This document shows, one piece after another, positions 8,818 to 18,692 of a stretch of 64,000 nt of DNA. Position numbers and translations under genes: made by a program. Every line of letters begins with the position of its first letter. The stretch's first letter is position 1. Below the pieces are notes generated by a model. The model did no database searches, had not been told where the DNA came from, and saw only the letters and a program-made list of their open reading frames with translations. The stretch comes from a virus (Duplodnaviria > Caudoviricetes): the IMG/VR virus record IMGVR_UViG_3300044641_007277, positions 1,666 to 65,665 of that record, one strand, 5' to 3'.

Positions 8818-9645
8818 TTAAGTTTGTAAAAATCGTATGTAATAAAATTCTGGTCTTGAACCCACTTTATCAATAGCATATTCTTGAGAGAGTGCTATGG
8901 ATAAATCATCTGTTTTTTCAGAAATTTCCATCGTCATAGTATTATATACCATTACAATACCAGGAGTTGATTCTTCTACCACTTGCGAACTCGCTATTAA
9001 GCAGAGTGAATCTGTATCAAGGTATTCTGATAAAAGTTGATACTTGATTTGTTTATGATTCACTACTATATAGTCTTCTTTTATAGAATCTTTAATCTTA
9101 TCAAATATAAATTGAGATAAGATTATGTGCTTTAATCCTATGTTATTAAGTTCTTTTAATGCTGAATCACAAGATGCTAATCTGTAAAGTATTGCATCAC
9201 CATTTGTATCTTTTGATATGGTAAAATTACCAATATTTTGTTTAATTTGACCATACCCACTTGCAGTTATCCTACCCATTTCAGACATTAGAAAAAGAGA
9301 CTCTTTGTCTAAATCTTCTGATATTTTTTCTTGTAGAAGTTTTATTCCATTTTGTAAAAGACTTTCTCTTCCGATATCTTTAACTTCATTTTGATTAAAA
9401 GTCAAAGTCTTTTCAATCTTTCTCGTTGTAGTTACAACATTATACAAATCTTCTTTTTTGAAGTTTATGGTATTCTTAAATTTATGCGCAATTATATTCT
9501 TTGTATAAATTCTTGCTGAAGTATTATTATCCAAAGAATAATGAGCAATATTTACAAAACTACTAGTTATTGGTCGTAATTTGTAAATTTGCCCATTCTT
9601 TTCAGAAAAGATTCTTTTTATTTTATGTGCAATTTGTTCAATCAT
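8818..9645 (-). CDS. Divergent major-capsid-like (gp23/gp24 HK97-fold) paralog
   Basis: VTTTRKIE...LLQEKISEDLDKESL and C-terminal PGIVMVY...YAIDKVGSRPEFYY resemble gp23 core segments; only 275 aa. Confidence 0.45.
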   Translation of the reverse strand: MIEQIAHKIKRIFSEKNGQIYKLRPITSSFVNIAHYSLDNNTSARIYTKNIIAHKFKNTINFKKEDLYNVVTTTRKIEKTLTFNQNEVKDIGRESLLQNGIKLLQEKISEDLDKESLFLMSEMGRITASGYGQIKQNIGNFTISKDTNGDAILYRLASCDSALKELNNIGLKHIILSQFIFDKIKDSIKEDYIVVNHKQIKYQLLSEYLDTDSLCLIASSQVVEESTPGIVMVYNTMTMEISEKTDDLSIALSQEYAIDKVGSRPEFYYIRFLQT

Positions 9646-10883
9646 TCTGATGCAAGGGGATCAAATGTATAATTTGCAAAATTTTCTGCCTTTGGTTTTT
9701 CTGACCAAAGATTAGCAGACCATCCAAGTTCATCTGACCAAGCATCATCATGAATACCCAATTCTACAAAACGATTATGTATATCGTTATCATAACGCTG
9801 TCTTACAAACCTTACAAGGCGTTGGATTTCTTGTCTTCTATAATTTTGAGTATTATCTCCACCTGCATTCATCCATTGAATATAACCAAGTTGAGCAATT
9901 CTCACAAATTTAGTCTTTAAAAATGTACGAATAATAATCTCATAGTCGTCACATACTCCAAGCATAGGACTATGCCCATTGATGTCTTTGTAAATATCGG
10001 CTCTCCAAGCCCTTATATGATTCGGAACACCTACAATGTGCCTAATTGTTCGAGGATTGATATTACAACTTATATGAGTGAGATATGACCTATCTTTATA
10101 CCAATCAACTTTATATGAACCATAGCCCATTGCAAAACCTTCGCCATAGACTACGCATTTACCATCCTCTTCATAAATTTCAGTACAATCTGTATAATAA
10201 AATCCTGCATCTGGAAATTTCTTATACGCTTGACTTATCCAATCTAAAGCATTTTCAGTTAATTCATCATCGTGGTCAAGTTCAAGGACAATTTGTCCCT
10301 GACAAAGATTTGCAGCATAAAATTTAGTTTCTCCAACTCTACCGCTATTTCTTCTACCTCTGAATATTTTTATTCTATGGTCTTTACTTGCCATATCTTC
10401 AAGCATATTCCATGTTTCATTATTATCATCGGAATCATCATAAATTATCCATTCCCAATTATTAAATGTTCCATTTTTGAGAGAATTATAAGGACGTTGG
10501 AGTTTTTCTCCAGTTCTGTAAACAGGTGTAAATATGCTGATTAAAGGTACTGAATCCAAACGATTGACAGAAGCATTAATAAATACTTTATATGCAGACT
10601 CTCCAATTTCAACAGGATTTGCATCTTCACTAAAACTTATCCATCTTCTTCTATCTTCATAAGGCAAATTCATAAGACCTTGCCATAAAGAATCATCACC
10701 TATTGAAACTATGACTTGTGGTCTGATATCTGCAAATATCTCATAAAGATTGTCATCATTAGTAAATCTACGAATATCAAAATCAAGTGGTTCCCAAGCA
10801 CCAATGTCTCGTGTTTTAATAGAAATAGTCTCTCCTTCTTTTTGAAAGAGAGCTAAAATCGGAAGACCTCTTTTAGTATCCAT
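9642..10883 (-). CDS. Glycosyltransferase family 2 with N-terminal extra domain
   Basis: PLISIFTPVY, WEWIIYDDS, ELDHDDEL, CDDYEIIIR. Start placed at ATG 10883 (MDTKRG) rather than 10991, which overlaps the upstream gene. Confidence 0.88.
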   Translation of the reverse strand: MDTKRGLPILALFQKEGETISIKTRDIGAWEPLDFDIRRFTNDDNLYEIFADIRPQVIVSIGDDSLWQGLMNLPYEDRRRWISFSEDANPVEIGESAYKVFINASVNRLDSVPLISIFTPVYRTGEKLQRPYNSLKNGTFNNWEWIIYDDSDDNNETWNMLEDMASKDHRIKIFRGRRNSGRVGETKFYAANLCQGQIVLELDHDDELTENALDWISQAYKKFPDAGFYYTDCTEIYEEDGKCVVYGEGFAMGYGSYKVDWYKDRSYLTHISCNINPRTIRHIVGVPNHIRAWRADIYKDINGHSPMLGVCDDYEIIIRTFLKTKFVRIAQLGYIQWMNAGGDNTQNYRRQEIQRLVRFVRQRYDNDIHNRFVELGIHDDAWSDELGWSANLWSEKPKAENFANYTFDPLASE

Positions 10884-10910
10884 AAGTAATTGAAAAGTGT
10901 GTAAATGAAT

Positions 10911-10940
10911 ATTATAGATAAATATACAAAATTGTTTTCT
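10911..10940 (-). promoter_or_regulatory. Putative promoter AAC-N17-TATAAT upstream of GT2 gene
   Basis: AGAAAACAATTTTGTATATTTATCTATAAT; closely similar element at 48966-48994. Confidence 0.45.
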
Positions 10941-10942
10941 AA

Positions 10943-12421
10943 TTAAAAACTTTCTTCTGATTGAGGAACTCCCCATTCCCTTCTTGTACAACGATATTTG
11001 GCTATCGTTCTACCAAGTTTTAAGTCATAATATAATTTAAAACCTTCAATTAAATAAAATCCACTTAAAAATCTATCAACGCTAATAGTTAAATTTGTTA
11101 TAGGGCTAAGAAAATTTTCTTCGTTATCCTTTATTTCCTTTTCACTCATAAAGTTTTTATTATCATTAAAATTATTTAAAACAGTTATCAAAATAGGAAT
11201 TCTTTCCATTTTTATAACAGCAGGATTCCAAGACCATAAATCAATATCAAGATACATTTTCTCAAGTTCTTTATTATTAACATAGTTTTGATATTGAGCA
11301 AGAGCAAAATTTTGATGTACATTACCACTTGGTAGAGAATATTGAATGCCGTACCAATTATTACGCAAATGTTCCTTTTCTATAGTTTCATCTTTTAATC
11401 CACGTAATCTAATTTTAGTATCTTCTGTTCCAGGTGTAGCTAAAGGATTAAAAGTAATAAGATTTTCTTCACCGATAGTTTGTAATGTATGGTCATAAAA
11501 ATACATCCTTTTACCATATCCTTGAGAATATGATATAGCTGAAGAATTATTAATAAGATTGTAGTCTATAATTCTGTTATTAGAATTAGATGTAGATTCA
11601 AAATTCGATAATATCAAAGGAGCAGGAGAATTTGGTTGTTCATCTACTGGCATTGCTGGATTGAAATCGTCAATAATATCTCTTTCAAATATAATTAAAG
11701 CCTCATCAAATTCTTTAGTTTGGTCTAGTTGTTTTTCTACTTCAATATAATTTACATTATAAAAAATATCAATAAATACTCTATAAAAAGTGTTTTCATT
11801 TTTCCAAGCATGATTTGCTATATGTAAAATAAAATCTTTATAAGATTTCCAATCACATATCCATGTCATTTCATCGTTAGTAACATCATCAATATTAGTA
11901 GCAAAACCCAATTCTAATTCAGTAGCAACTTTTTTAATAACATCTAATGATGTTCCCTTAAAAGCCTTGTTTTTTTCAATCCATATTTTTTTTATATTCA
12001 ATATCCCACTTATTGTAAAAATTGTAAATGTACTTTCATCATTCAAGTTTTCAGTTTCTACACGAGTTATGAGATAATCATTTCTAATGGGTTTATATGT
12101 GTCATTATGACTTCTGATATAAACCGAAACAATATCCCCATCTTTAGGAATATTTTTTGATATGAAAGATTTTCTTGTTATAATAAGTTTAAGATGAATT
12201 ATTGGTAAAAAATTAGTACAATCTATTTCTAAATTACCAATCTCTTCTTGTAGAAATCTCGTATTATTAATTAAAATATATGGAAATAATTTACCTAAAA
12301 ACTTATCACTTTTATAGCCATCTGAATTTTTAAGATCAAGCATTTTTTGCTCTTGATCCATATCAATCAGTATTATAGTAGGATTTGATACTGTTCTAAT
12401 TTTGGTTTTTTCAAAAGCCAT
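10943..12421 (-). CDS. Probable baseplate hub/tail protein (gp27/GPD-like)
   Basis: 492 aa; SLDVIKKVATELELGF..N and C-terminal SGFYLI.G pattern; next to a gp53-like gene. Confidence 0.5.
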   Translation of the reverse strand: MAFEKTKIRTVSNPTIILIDMDQEQKMLDLKNSDGYKSDKFLGKLFPYILINNTRFLQEEIGNLEIDCTNFLPIIHLKLIITRKSFISKNIPKDGDIVSVYIRSHNDTYKPIRNDYLITRVETENLNDESTFTIFTISGILNIKKIWIEKNKAFKGTSLDVIKKVATELELGFATNIDDVTNDEMTWICDWKSYKDFILHIANHAWKNENTFYRVFIDIFYNVNYIEVEKQLDQTKEFDEALIIFERDIIDDFNPAMPVDEQPNSPAPLILSNFESTSNSNNRIIDYNLINNSSAISYSQGYGKRMYFYDHTLQTIGEENLITFNPLATPGTEDTKIRLRGLKDETIEKEHLRNNWYGIQYSLPSGNVHQNFALAQYQNYVNNKELEKMYLDIDLWSWNPAVIKMERIPILITVLNNFNDNKNFMSEKEIKDNEENFLSPITNLTISVDRFLSGFYLIEGFKLYYDLKLGRTIAKYRCTRREWGVPQSEESF

Positions 12422-12422
12422 A

Positions 12423-13037
12423 TTATGAATTCAATTTGTTTTTCAATACTTGACTTATTAATTCTGCTTTACTAATCGGTTCAGTAGAACATTCAGAAGC
12501 ATTTCTACCAACACCAGGAGCGAATCTTACTTTGTTATTGATAACTTCAACTTCACCTTGACCAAATTCGTTAAAATTAGGTGGTAAATTACTTGGAGAT
12601 GGAGCAAGTGTATCTTTAGATAAATCTTTAAGGAAATTAAATTTATTAGAAAGTTTTTTAATATTAGAATCAGGTGTTGCAGCTTTATCTGGGTTAACAT
12701 AACTATTCCTAACATCCGCATCTGAATCGTCACTTGTTGATTTAGGTGTAACTATAAGTGATGTAAAATTATTAGGGATAAATATAACATCATCTGTATC
12801 TAATGTAAATGGATTTGATATTGAATTACTTTTTAATAATTCAATAAAATCACCCATTTGACCTGTATCCAAAGACAATATGTCTGGTCTCATAATATGA
12901 TTAAATTCTACAATATATTTTTCGCTAAAATTATAATTACCAATATAGTTCATAGATTGAGATGTCAAGTCAACAATTTTTTCTTGATTCTTTTCTATTT
13001 CTAACTTTTCCTGTAATATTTTAATATTTAAAGGCAT
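12423..13037 (-). CDS. Baseplate wedge protein (T4 gp53-like, LysM-related)
   Basis: MRPDILS...LLKSNSISNPFTL...VIFIP motif. Confidence 0.7.
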   Translation of the reverse strand: MPLNIKILQEKLEIEKNQEKIVDLTSQSMNYIGNYNFSEKYIVEFNHIMRPDILSLDTGQMGDFIELLKSNSISNPFTLDTDDVIFIPNNFTSLIVTPKSTSDDSDADVRNSYVNPDKAATPDSNIKKLSNKFNFLKDLSKDTLAPSPSNLPPNFNEFGQGEVEVINNKVRFAPGVGRNASECSTEPISKAELISQVLKNKLNS

Positions 13038-13042
13038 TACTT

Positions 13043-14974
13043 TTATATTTTTGTTTTAATGGGCTGAAATAAACCTGTCTTAAAATCATTCTTACTTTTA
13101 ACCAATTCAAATGGTTTACTTCCAGAAGAATCTACTGATGTTGATCCAAAAGCATTTAATGTGGTTAATTCCTTTTGTCTTAAACTCATACCTGAACTAT
13201 ATGTTGAACTTGATTTATTTACATCAACATCCGATTTTTCAGGATAGTAAATTCTACCACCACCCCCATTAAATAGAGATTGAATATCACTTGCATCTCT
13301 AGATCTTCCTGGCTCTAATGTACATGAAAATTTTAATTCCGTTGGAAAATCATCAACAGATAACTCATCGTTGAATTCATAGTCACATTGTGTACACCAC
13401 AGATTTCCAATCATCATTATAGGTGCAAATGGATTACCAACTTGTAAATGCCATTCACCAGTTGGAGCACCCGTTAATTCCCCTACGGTTCCTTGTAAAA
13501 CAGCTAATAAATTAGTCTTTAATTCTGCATTATTTTTTAACAAATATTGTGAGATATATTCAGCAGCAGCACTTACATTCTCACCCTTTAATAACTCTGA
13601 AGGATTTGTTGTTAAATCTTTTATTATCTTTCCTATGGTTCCACCAGCAAAATTTGCAGTTTTGGCTAATTCATTAACAGTATCTTTGTAATTTCCAGTA
13701 CCAATATCATTTAATAACTTAAACATTGCTTCAGCCCTAACCAATGGGAAATTTCTCCTATCTATCAAAAACCTATTTTCTCCACCCCAAAATTGAGCAT
13801 GATTATATGTTAAAGTTAACATATTCGAAAAAATATCAAGCATAGCTGCTTTCTGATTTACATGTTCAATCGTTTTAGAAGAGTATTCAAATGTAACTTT
13901 TAAACCTGGTGTATGACTAAATGTAAGACCTCTATCTCTAACTTTTGATCCTCTAATGACATTCACAGGTCCATATACTAAATCTTTAAGTGGACCATTT
14001 TTCCAAGGATCATATGCAGATGTCCATGTATTTAAAGTATCAGTTCTATCATTACCAGATAAAAGAGATAATAATTTCACACCAACGTTATTTTCTGTAC
14101 TTTCAGTCGCACTCAATCCAAATAAATTTCCGATTTCTTTGACTGTGATATTATTAACCCCAGAGGTCTCTCCAATATTTTTAGTTTCTATTTTTACTGT
14201 ACCTTTTGTCAAAGAATTAAGACTATTTGATGAATAATCTAAATAAGTTAAAGCCTGTGCTATAGGTCTTCTTAAAGATGGTTTCGCATCTTGTTTTTTT
14301 AAAGCTATTCTACATTCATCATAAACTGGAACCATAAATCTTCTTAAAGTAATCAATCTATTATTATTGAATGGATGATAGTGCTTAAGGTATAGAAAAT
14401 CTGAATATCTATAAACTTTTTCATATTGTTCATATTTTTTACCATCTCCCTCATTAAAATAATAAACTAAAAAACTTGTACTAGGATTTTTATATGCTTC
14501 ATTATCAGCTACACCTGTATAATTGCTTTCATCATTTGCTACACCTAAATTACCAAAATGATTAGGGTTTTCATTAGTCGCTTTAGATAAAGAATGAATA
14601 CGAACAAGATGATAAGGATTAATTAAACTCGGTGTTCCTCTAAAATTGACATCAGTAGCACTGGAATTTGCTTGGGGATCATTAATATTAGTTCCAACTT
14701 CGGAAGGTTCTCTATATTCTGCTGGATAAATTCTTTCTAATTCTACTGGGTTTTCGGCTCCTCCACCTGGACCACTTTGTTGTCTTGCACGACTTGGATC
14801 ATAACCCGAAGTAGAATTAGCACCCGCATTGTTATCATTATTTACTCTAACATCAGTCTTTTTTTGAAGATCTTTAATTAAACTATTTCCTCCCCCAGCT
14901 AAATTATCTTTGGGATTCCCACTATTTGTTAAGTAATTTTTACCAGCGTCCACTAAAGATGTATAAAAACTCAT
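13043..14974 (-). CDS. Probable tail-tube initiator/baseplate protein
   Basis: 643 aa; C-terminal WHLQVGNPFAP...NL.C...DFPTELKF..TL resembles tube-fold baseplate domains; baseplate context. Confidence 0.45.
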   Translation of the reverse strand: MSFYTSLVDAGKNYLTNSGNPKDNLAGGGNSLIKDLQKKTDVRVNNDNNAGANSTSGYDPSRARQQSGPGGGAENPVELERIYPAEYREPSEVGTNINDPQANSSATDVNFRGTPSLINPYHLVRIHSLSKATNENPNHFGNLGVANDESNYTGVADNEAYKNPSTSFLVYYFNEGDGKKYEQYEKVYRYSDFLYLKHYHPFNNNRLITLRRFMVPVYDECRIALKKQDAKPSLRRPIAQALTYLDYSSNSLNSLTKGTVKIETKNIGETSGVNNITVKEIGNLFGLSATESTENNVGVKLLSLLSGNDRTDTLNTWTSAYDPWKNGPLKDLVYGPVNVIRGSKVRDRGLTFSHTPGLKVTFEYSSKTIEHVNQKAAMLDIFSNMLTLTYNHAQFWGGENRFLIDRRNFPLVRAEAMFKLLNDIGTGNYKDTVNELAKTANFAGGTIGKIIKDLTTNPSELLKGENVSAAAEYISQYLLKNNAELKTNLLAVLQGTVGELTGAPTGEWHLQVGNPFAPIMMIGNLWCTQCDYEFNDELSVDDFPTELKFSCTLEPGRSRDASDIQSLFNGGGGRIYYPEKSDVDVNKSSSTYSSGMSLRQKELTTLNAFGSTSVDSSGSKPFELVKSKNDFKTGLFQPIKTKI

Positions 14975-14990
14975 TTAATTAAACTTCATT

Positions 14991-15353
14991 TTAAATCATC
15001 AAGAGACCTACTACTAAATCTACTTGAATATTATTTTTTTTGAGAATTTCACTCACTGATTTTTTTATATCAGGAGTATATTTTGGAACGATATAAATTA
15101 CATCTTTTTGATTTTCAAGAAGTTTTTCAAGTAATAAACGTTCAAGTTCTCGTGTTAAAATAAAATGTGCAACTTCTGACATTTCACCTTTAACATCATA
15201 TCCTAAATTTGATGCAACAGTCATCACATCTAAATATTCAACATTTAAACCTCTAAACCTCTTCTTGATAACTTTTAGAGAACCCTCTTCAATAGTAACT
15301 ACCATTCCAAGACTATCTTTTTTGTTTTCATACATTTTTTCCAACATTATCAT
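14991..15353 (-). CDS. Hypothetical protein
   Basis: 120 aa; 4-nt overlap with the upstream ORF. Confidence 0.65.
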   Translation of the reverse strand: MIMLEKMYENKKDSLGMVVTIEEGSLKVIKKRFRGLNVEYLDVMTVASNLGYDVKGEMSEVAHFILTRELERLLLEKLLENQKDVIYIVPKYTPDIKKSVSEILKKNNIQVDLVVGLLMI

Positions 15354-15853
15354 TCCACCTCTTTGGATTCAGTATGAATTTTGATAAGTAGTTTCAAAAT
15401 AGCAGCAACCGTAGTTGAATCTTCTATGCTATTTAATGAACTTAATGGAAGTATTATAACATCATTACTTGAAAGAACACTTGATGAATCTTTCATTGAA
15501 TTTATGTCTAATCCCCAAACACATTCTGTTAATTCTAAAAGTGGATGAGATTTCCAAAAACCTAAATGAATAAAGTTTTCTTCTGAAACATCCCAATCTA
15601 ATGAATTACAATAATTAACAGATTCTGTTAATTGATTAAGGGATTGAGTTGTATATTGTAGTATATTTTCACTTTCTTTTGAAAGAACTATAGCTTCAAT
15701 TATTCCGTTCTTTGCCAAAAATGGTAAAATCTTTCCGTGATTTTCTTTTAATCTAATAGACTTTTTCCCATCTTCATTAAAGATTGTGAAATCTTCACAT
15801 GAATAAAGAATCTTATCTTCTATTTTTTGCTCGGCATATTCTGATATTTTCAT
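15350..15853 (-). CDS. Hypothetical protein, possibly degenerate Nudix fold
   Basis: 167 aa; ENFIHLG...VWGLDI resembles post-Nudix-box strands, but no Nudix box is present. Confidence 0.55.
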   Translation of the reverse strand: MKISEYAEQKIEDKILYSCEDFTIFNEDGKKSIRLKENHGKILPFLAKNGIIEAIVLSKESENILQYTTQSLNQLTESVNYCNSLDWDVSEENFIHLGFWKSHPLLELTECVWGLDINSMKDSSSVLSSNDVIILPLSSLNSIEDSTTVAAILKLLIKIHTESKEVE

Positions 15854-15857
15854 TCAA

Positions 15858-16748
15858 TTATTCTGATTTTTCAAGTATTATCATGTCAGGTTCTTTATAT
15901 ATCGTTTTTTCTTCAAACTCATCATTTGTAAGACTTCTACCCTCATTTTTATAATAAAGGTTTAATTCATGTTGAATTGCTTTTTTAACATCTTCTATAG
16001 TTATATTATTCATAACATGTTCAACAACATAATCAATAGCATTCTCATATGAATCATCAATTATTTTGTAAAAATCTCTTTTTACTAAATCTATCGTCAA
16101 ATTAATAGACATAGCAGTAGGGTTTTTCTTTCTTGAAGATAATAATTCTCTCAAAGGACTATTAGGTAAAGAACTTTGATATTTCTCTACTTGTTTTTGA
16201 GGTTGAATGTTCTTTGGTTTTTCTTCGACTTTATGAGTTTGTTGGGGAGTTTCAATAACTTCTTCAGACATTGATGAATAACTATCATAAATAAACATAG
16301 AATCTAATTCATCCAAAAGAATAGAAACACCATCATTCATAGTGATTTCTAATTCATCACCTCTCATTTGACATGATGCTATTGAAACTATTTTGCCAAA
16401 ATTTTCTGCCGTAATATATTTATATGTTCTACCTATCAAATCAGCATTAGCTTTCTGTAAAATTTCATTTGATGACAATTTCTGCTGTGGAACAGACTTT
16501 TGTTGCTCTTTTCTTTTCTGCGCTTCTTTTTGCATTCTACGCTGTTCAATAATATGTCTATTTTCTTCCGTCAATAAATCAAAAGGTGGAATTGACTCTA
16601 TTTTACCCATAGGTCTTCCATCTTGACCAATATTAACGGCTCTTTCCATACCTTGTGATTCGTAGTTGCTTCCACCTGAAACTGGAACCATACTAACATT
16701 AATATCAGGCATTCCGCCAGTTGTGTTGCTTGATGCAGTAAAACTCAT
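15858..16748 (-). CDS. Hypothetical protein
   Basis: 296 aa; Gln/Lys-rich linkers between small globular segments. Confidence 0.75.
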   Translation of the reverse strand: MSFTASSNTTGGMPDINVSMVPVSGGSNYESQGMERAVNIGQDGRPMGKIESIPPFDLLTEENRHIIEQRRMQKEAQKRKEQQKSVPQQKLSSNEILQKANADLIGRTYKYITAENFGKIVSIASCQMRGDELEITMNDGVSILLDELDSMFIYDSYSSMSEEVIETPQQTHKVEEKPKNIQPQKQVEKYQSSLPNSPLRELLSSRKKNPTAMSINLTIDLVKRDFYKIIDDSYENAIDYVVEHVMNNITIEDVKKAIQHELNLYYKNEGRSLTNDEFEEKTIYKEPDMIILEKSE

Positions 16749-16771
16749 ATGTTTACCTTTAAATTAAAATA

Positions 16772-17116
16772 TTATGAAATAATTCTATCGCCATATTGCT
16801 TCTTATATTTCTCTTTCCAATCATCAGAATAGCCGTATTCTTGATAATTTTTATAATGAAGGACAAAGCGTTCTAATGTCTTTAGAAAATGATCTCTGAT
16901 ATTTTCTCCATGTATCTTGTCAATTATATCAGTTTCAATTTTGAAAGTATGTTCAGTACCAGCCACACGCCATACTAAACATTCAATTCCAGCATCAATA
17001 TTATAGGAGTATTCTATATCAATGGGATACCAACCATCAGGTTGTAATCCACGCATAACTCCGTGAGAATGCGGATTGACTTGATTTAAGTCGTAAAATG
17101 TTATAATTTTAGACAT
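16772..17116 (-). CDS. Hypothetical protein
   Basis: 114 aa; GATATATA at 17148-17155. Confidence 0.7.
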   Translation of the reverse strand: MSKIITFYDLNQVNPHSHGVMRGLQPDGWYPIDIEYSYNIDAGIECLVWRVAGTEHTFKIETDIIDKIHGENIRDHFLKTLERFVLHYKNYQEYGYSDDWKEKYKKQYGDRIIS

Positions 17117-17147
17117 ATTTTTCCGATAAATGTAAAACTACATACTT

Positions 17148-17155
17148 TATATATC
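17148..17155 (-). promoter_or_regulatory. Putative late promoter GATATATA heading the baseplate operon
   Basis: 32 nt upstream of 17116, at the head of a long minus-strand run. Confidence 0.7.
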
Positions 17156-17170
17156 TATTTCTAAATTTTG

Positions 17171-17200
17171 TTGTAAATTTAGTTATATTTATTATTTTTG
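17171..17200 (+). promoter_or_regulatory. Bacteroidota-type primary-sigma promoter (TTG-N19-TAnnTTTG)
   Basis: TTG at 17171-17173, 19-nt spacer, TATTTTTG at 17193-17200, upstream of the helicase ATG. Confidence 0.5.
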
Positions 17201-17228
17201 TACATTCGATTCATTTTAAGTATAAAAT

Positions 17229-18668
17229 ATGTTTAAGCCAAGTATTTATCAAGAAGCCATATTTAATCACATCAAAAATTCTACTGAGCATGCAGTTATA
17301 GAGGCAGTAGCTGGGTCAGGGAAAACTACCACTTTAGTAGAATCCCTGAAAATATGTGGTACAAGTGATGTTATTTTTGTTGCTTTTAACAAACATATAG
17401 CCGATGAATTAGTACCTAAAGTTCCCAAAGGTGTAAAAGTAACTACAATGCACTCTTTTGGCTTTTCTCAAATAAAAAGAGCATATCCAAAAGCAGTATT
17501 GAATAATGATAAGGCTCGAAAAATTATCATTGAAAACATATCCAATCTTAATATGGAGAATGTTAATGATAAATTTGAGTATATGAATAATTTGGTTTCT
17601 ATTATTGATTTACTTCGTCTTAATCTATGTTCGGATAATGAAAGTGCTAAAAACATCATACTAAAACATTCTTTAGAATATAGAGAATCTATTTTAGAAG
17701 ATGCCTTCAAAATCATTAAATTAATGAATCAAAGTAGAGATATTATCGATTTTGTTGATATGATTTATATTCCTGCTATTGAAGATATAAGAATTAATGA
17801 ATATAGTTTGGTATTGGTAGATGAATGTCAAGATTTATCAAAATGTCAAATAAAATTACTTTCAAAGATGGTTAATTCTAATGGTAGAATTTTAGCCGTT
17901 GGTGATAGGCATCAAGCAATTTATGGTTTTGGTGGGGCTGATACTGAATCCTTTGATACTTTGTGTAATATGGATAATACAGTTTTATTACCTTTGAGTA
18001 TTAGTTATAGATGTAGTAAAAAAGTAGTTGAAAGAGCACAGATGATAGTCCCTACTATTCAATACGCTGAAAATGCAATTATTGGTAATGTTAATATGAA
18101 TGGTTCTTTGAAATCAGTTAATTACGGAGATTTCATTCTATGTAGAACAAATGCACCTTTGATTTCTTTGGCATTAAAAATGATTTCGGAAGGTAAAAAA
18201 GCAACAGTAAAGGGACTCGACATTGGTAAAAAACTATTAAATAATCTAAAATCAACCAAGACTAATAAAGTAGAAGATGCCATTGATGTGTTATGGGAAA
18301 GATACTTTATAGCAAAAGATGAATTAGATAATTCTGAATTTAATATGAAATCCAAATTGGTGCTTCTTAATATGGAAGATATGATTCAAGCAACTATAGC
18401 TATATCAAATGGTTGCAGAACTTTTGATGAGGTTAGTGATAAAATAAATAAGGTATTTAGTGATACTAAAAATAGCGGAATTACACTTTCTACTGTTCAT
18501 AAAGCAAAAGGATTAGAAGCCGATAATGTTCATATTATAAAACCTCAACTTTTACCTTTAAAGAATCTAACTTTAAGTTGGGAAATAGAACAGGAGGATA
18601 ATTTGCATTATGTAGCTATAACAAGAGCCAAAGAAAATCTTTACTATATTCCTGATGAAAAAGAATAA
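17229..18668 (+). CDS. UvrD/Rep-like superfamily 1 helicase
   Basis: AVAGSGKTT (Walker A), VDECQD, VGDRHQAIYGF, SYRC, STVHKAKGLE, YVAITRAK. Confidence 0.93.
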   Translation: MFKPSIYQEAIFNHIKNSTEHAVIEAVAGSGKTTTLVESLKICGTSDVIFVAFNKHIADELVPKVPKGVKVTTMHSFGFSQIKRAYPKAVLNNDKARKIIIENISNLNMENVNDKFEYMNNLVSIIDLLRLNLCSDNESAKNIILKHSLEYRESILEDAFKIIKLMNQSRDIIDFVDMIYIPAIEDIRINEYSLVLVDECQDLSKCQIKLLSKMVNSNGRILAVGDRHQAIYGFGGADTESFDTLCNMDNTVLLPLSISYRCSKKVVERAQMIVPTIQYAENAIIGNVNMNGSLKSVNYGDFILCRTNAPLISLALKMISEGKKATVKGLDIGKKLLNNLKSTKTNKVEDAIDVLWERYFIAKDELDNSEFNMKSKLVLLNMEDMIQATIAISNGCRTFDEVSDKINKVFSDTKNSGITLSTVHKAKGLEADNVHIIKPQLLPLKNLTLSWEIEQEDNLHYVAITRAKENLYYIPDEKE

Positions 18669-18691
18669 AGCCAGTATAAACTGGCTTTTTT
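18667..18691. terminator. Bidirectional intrinsic terminator
   Basis: AAAGCCAGT-ataa-ACTGGCTTT(TTT) between convergent genes. Confidence 0.8.
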
Positions 18692-18692
18692 A

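Noticed and set aside
10884-10991. N-terminal extension of the GT2 ORF given in the ORF track
   Set aside because: It overlaps the upstream gene and spans an AT-rich promoter-like spacer; ATG 10883 is more plausible.
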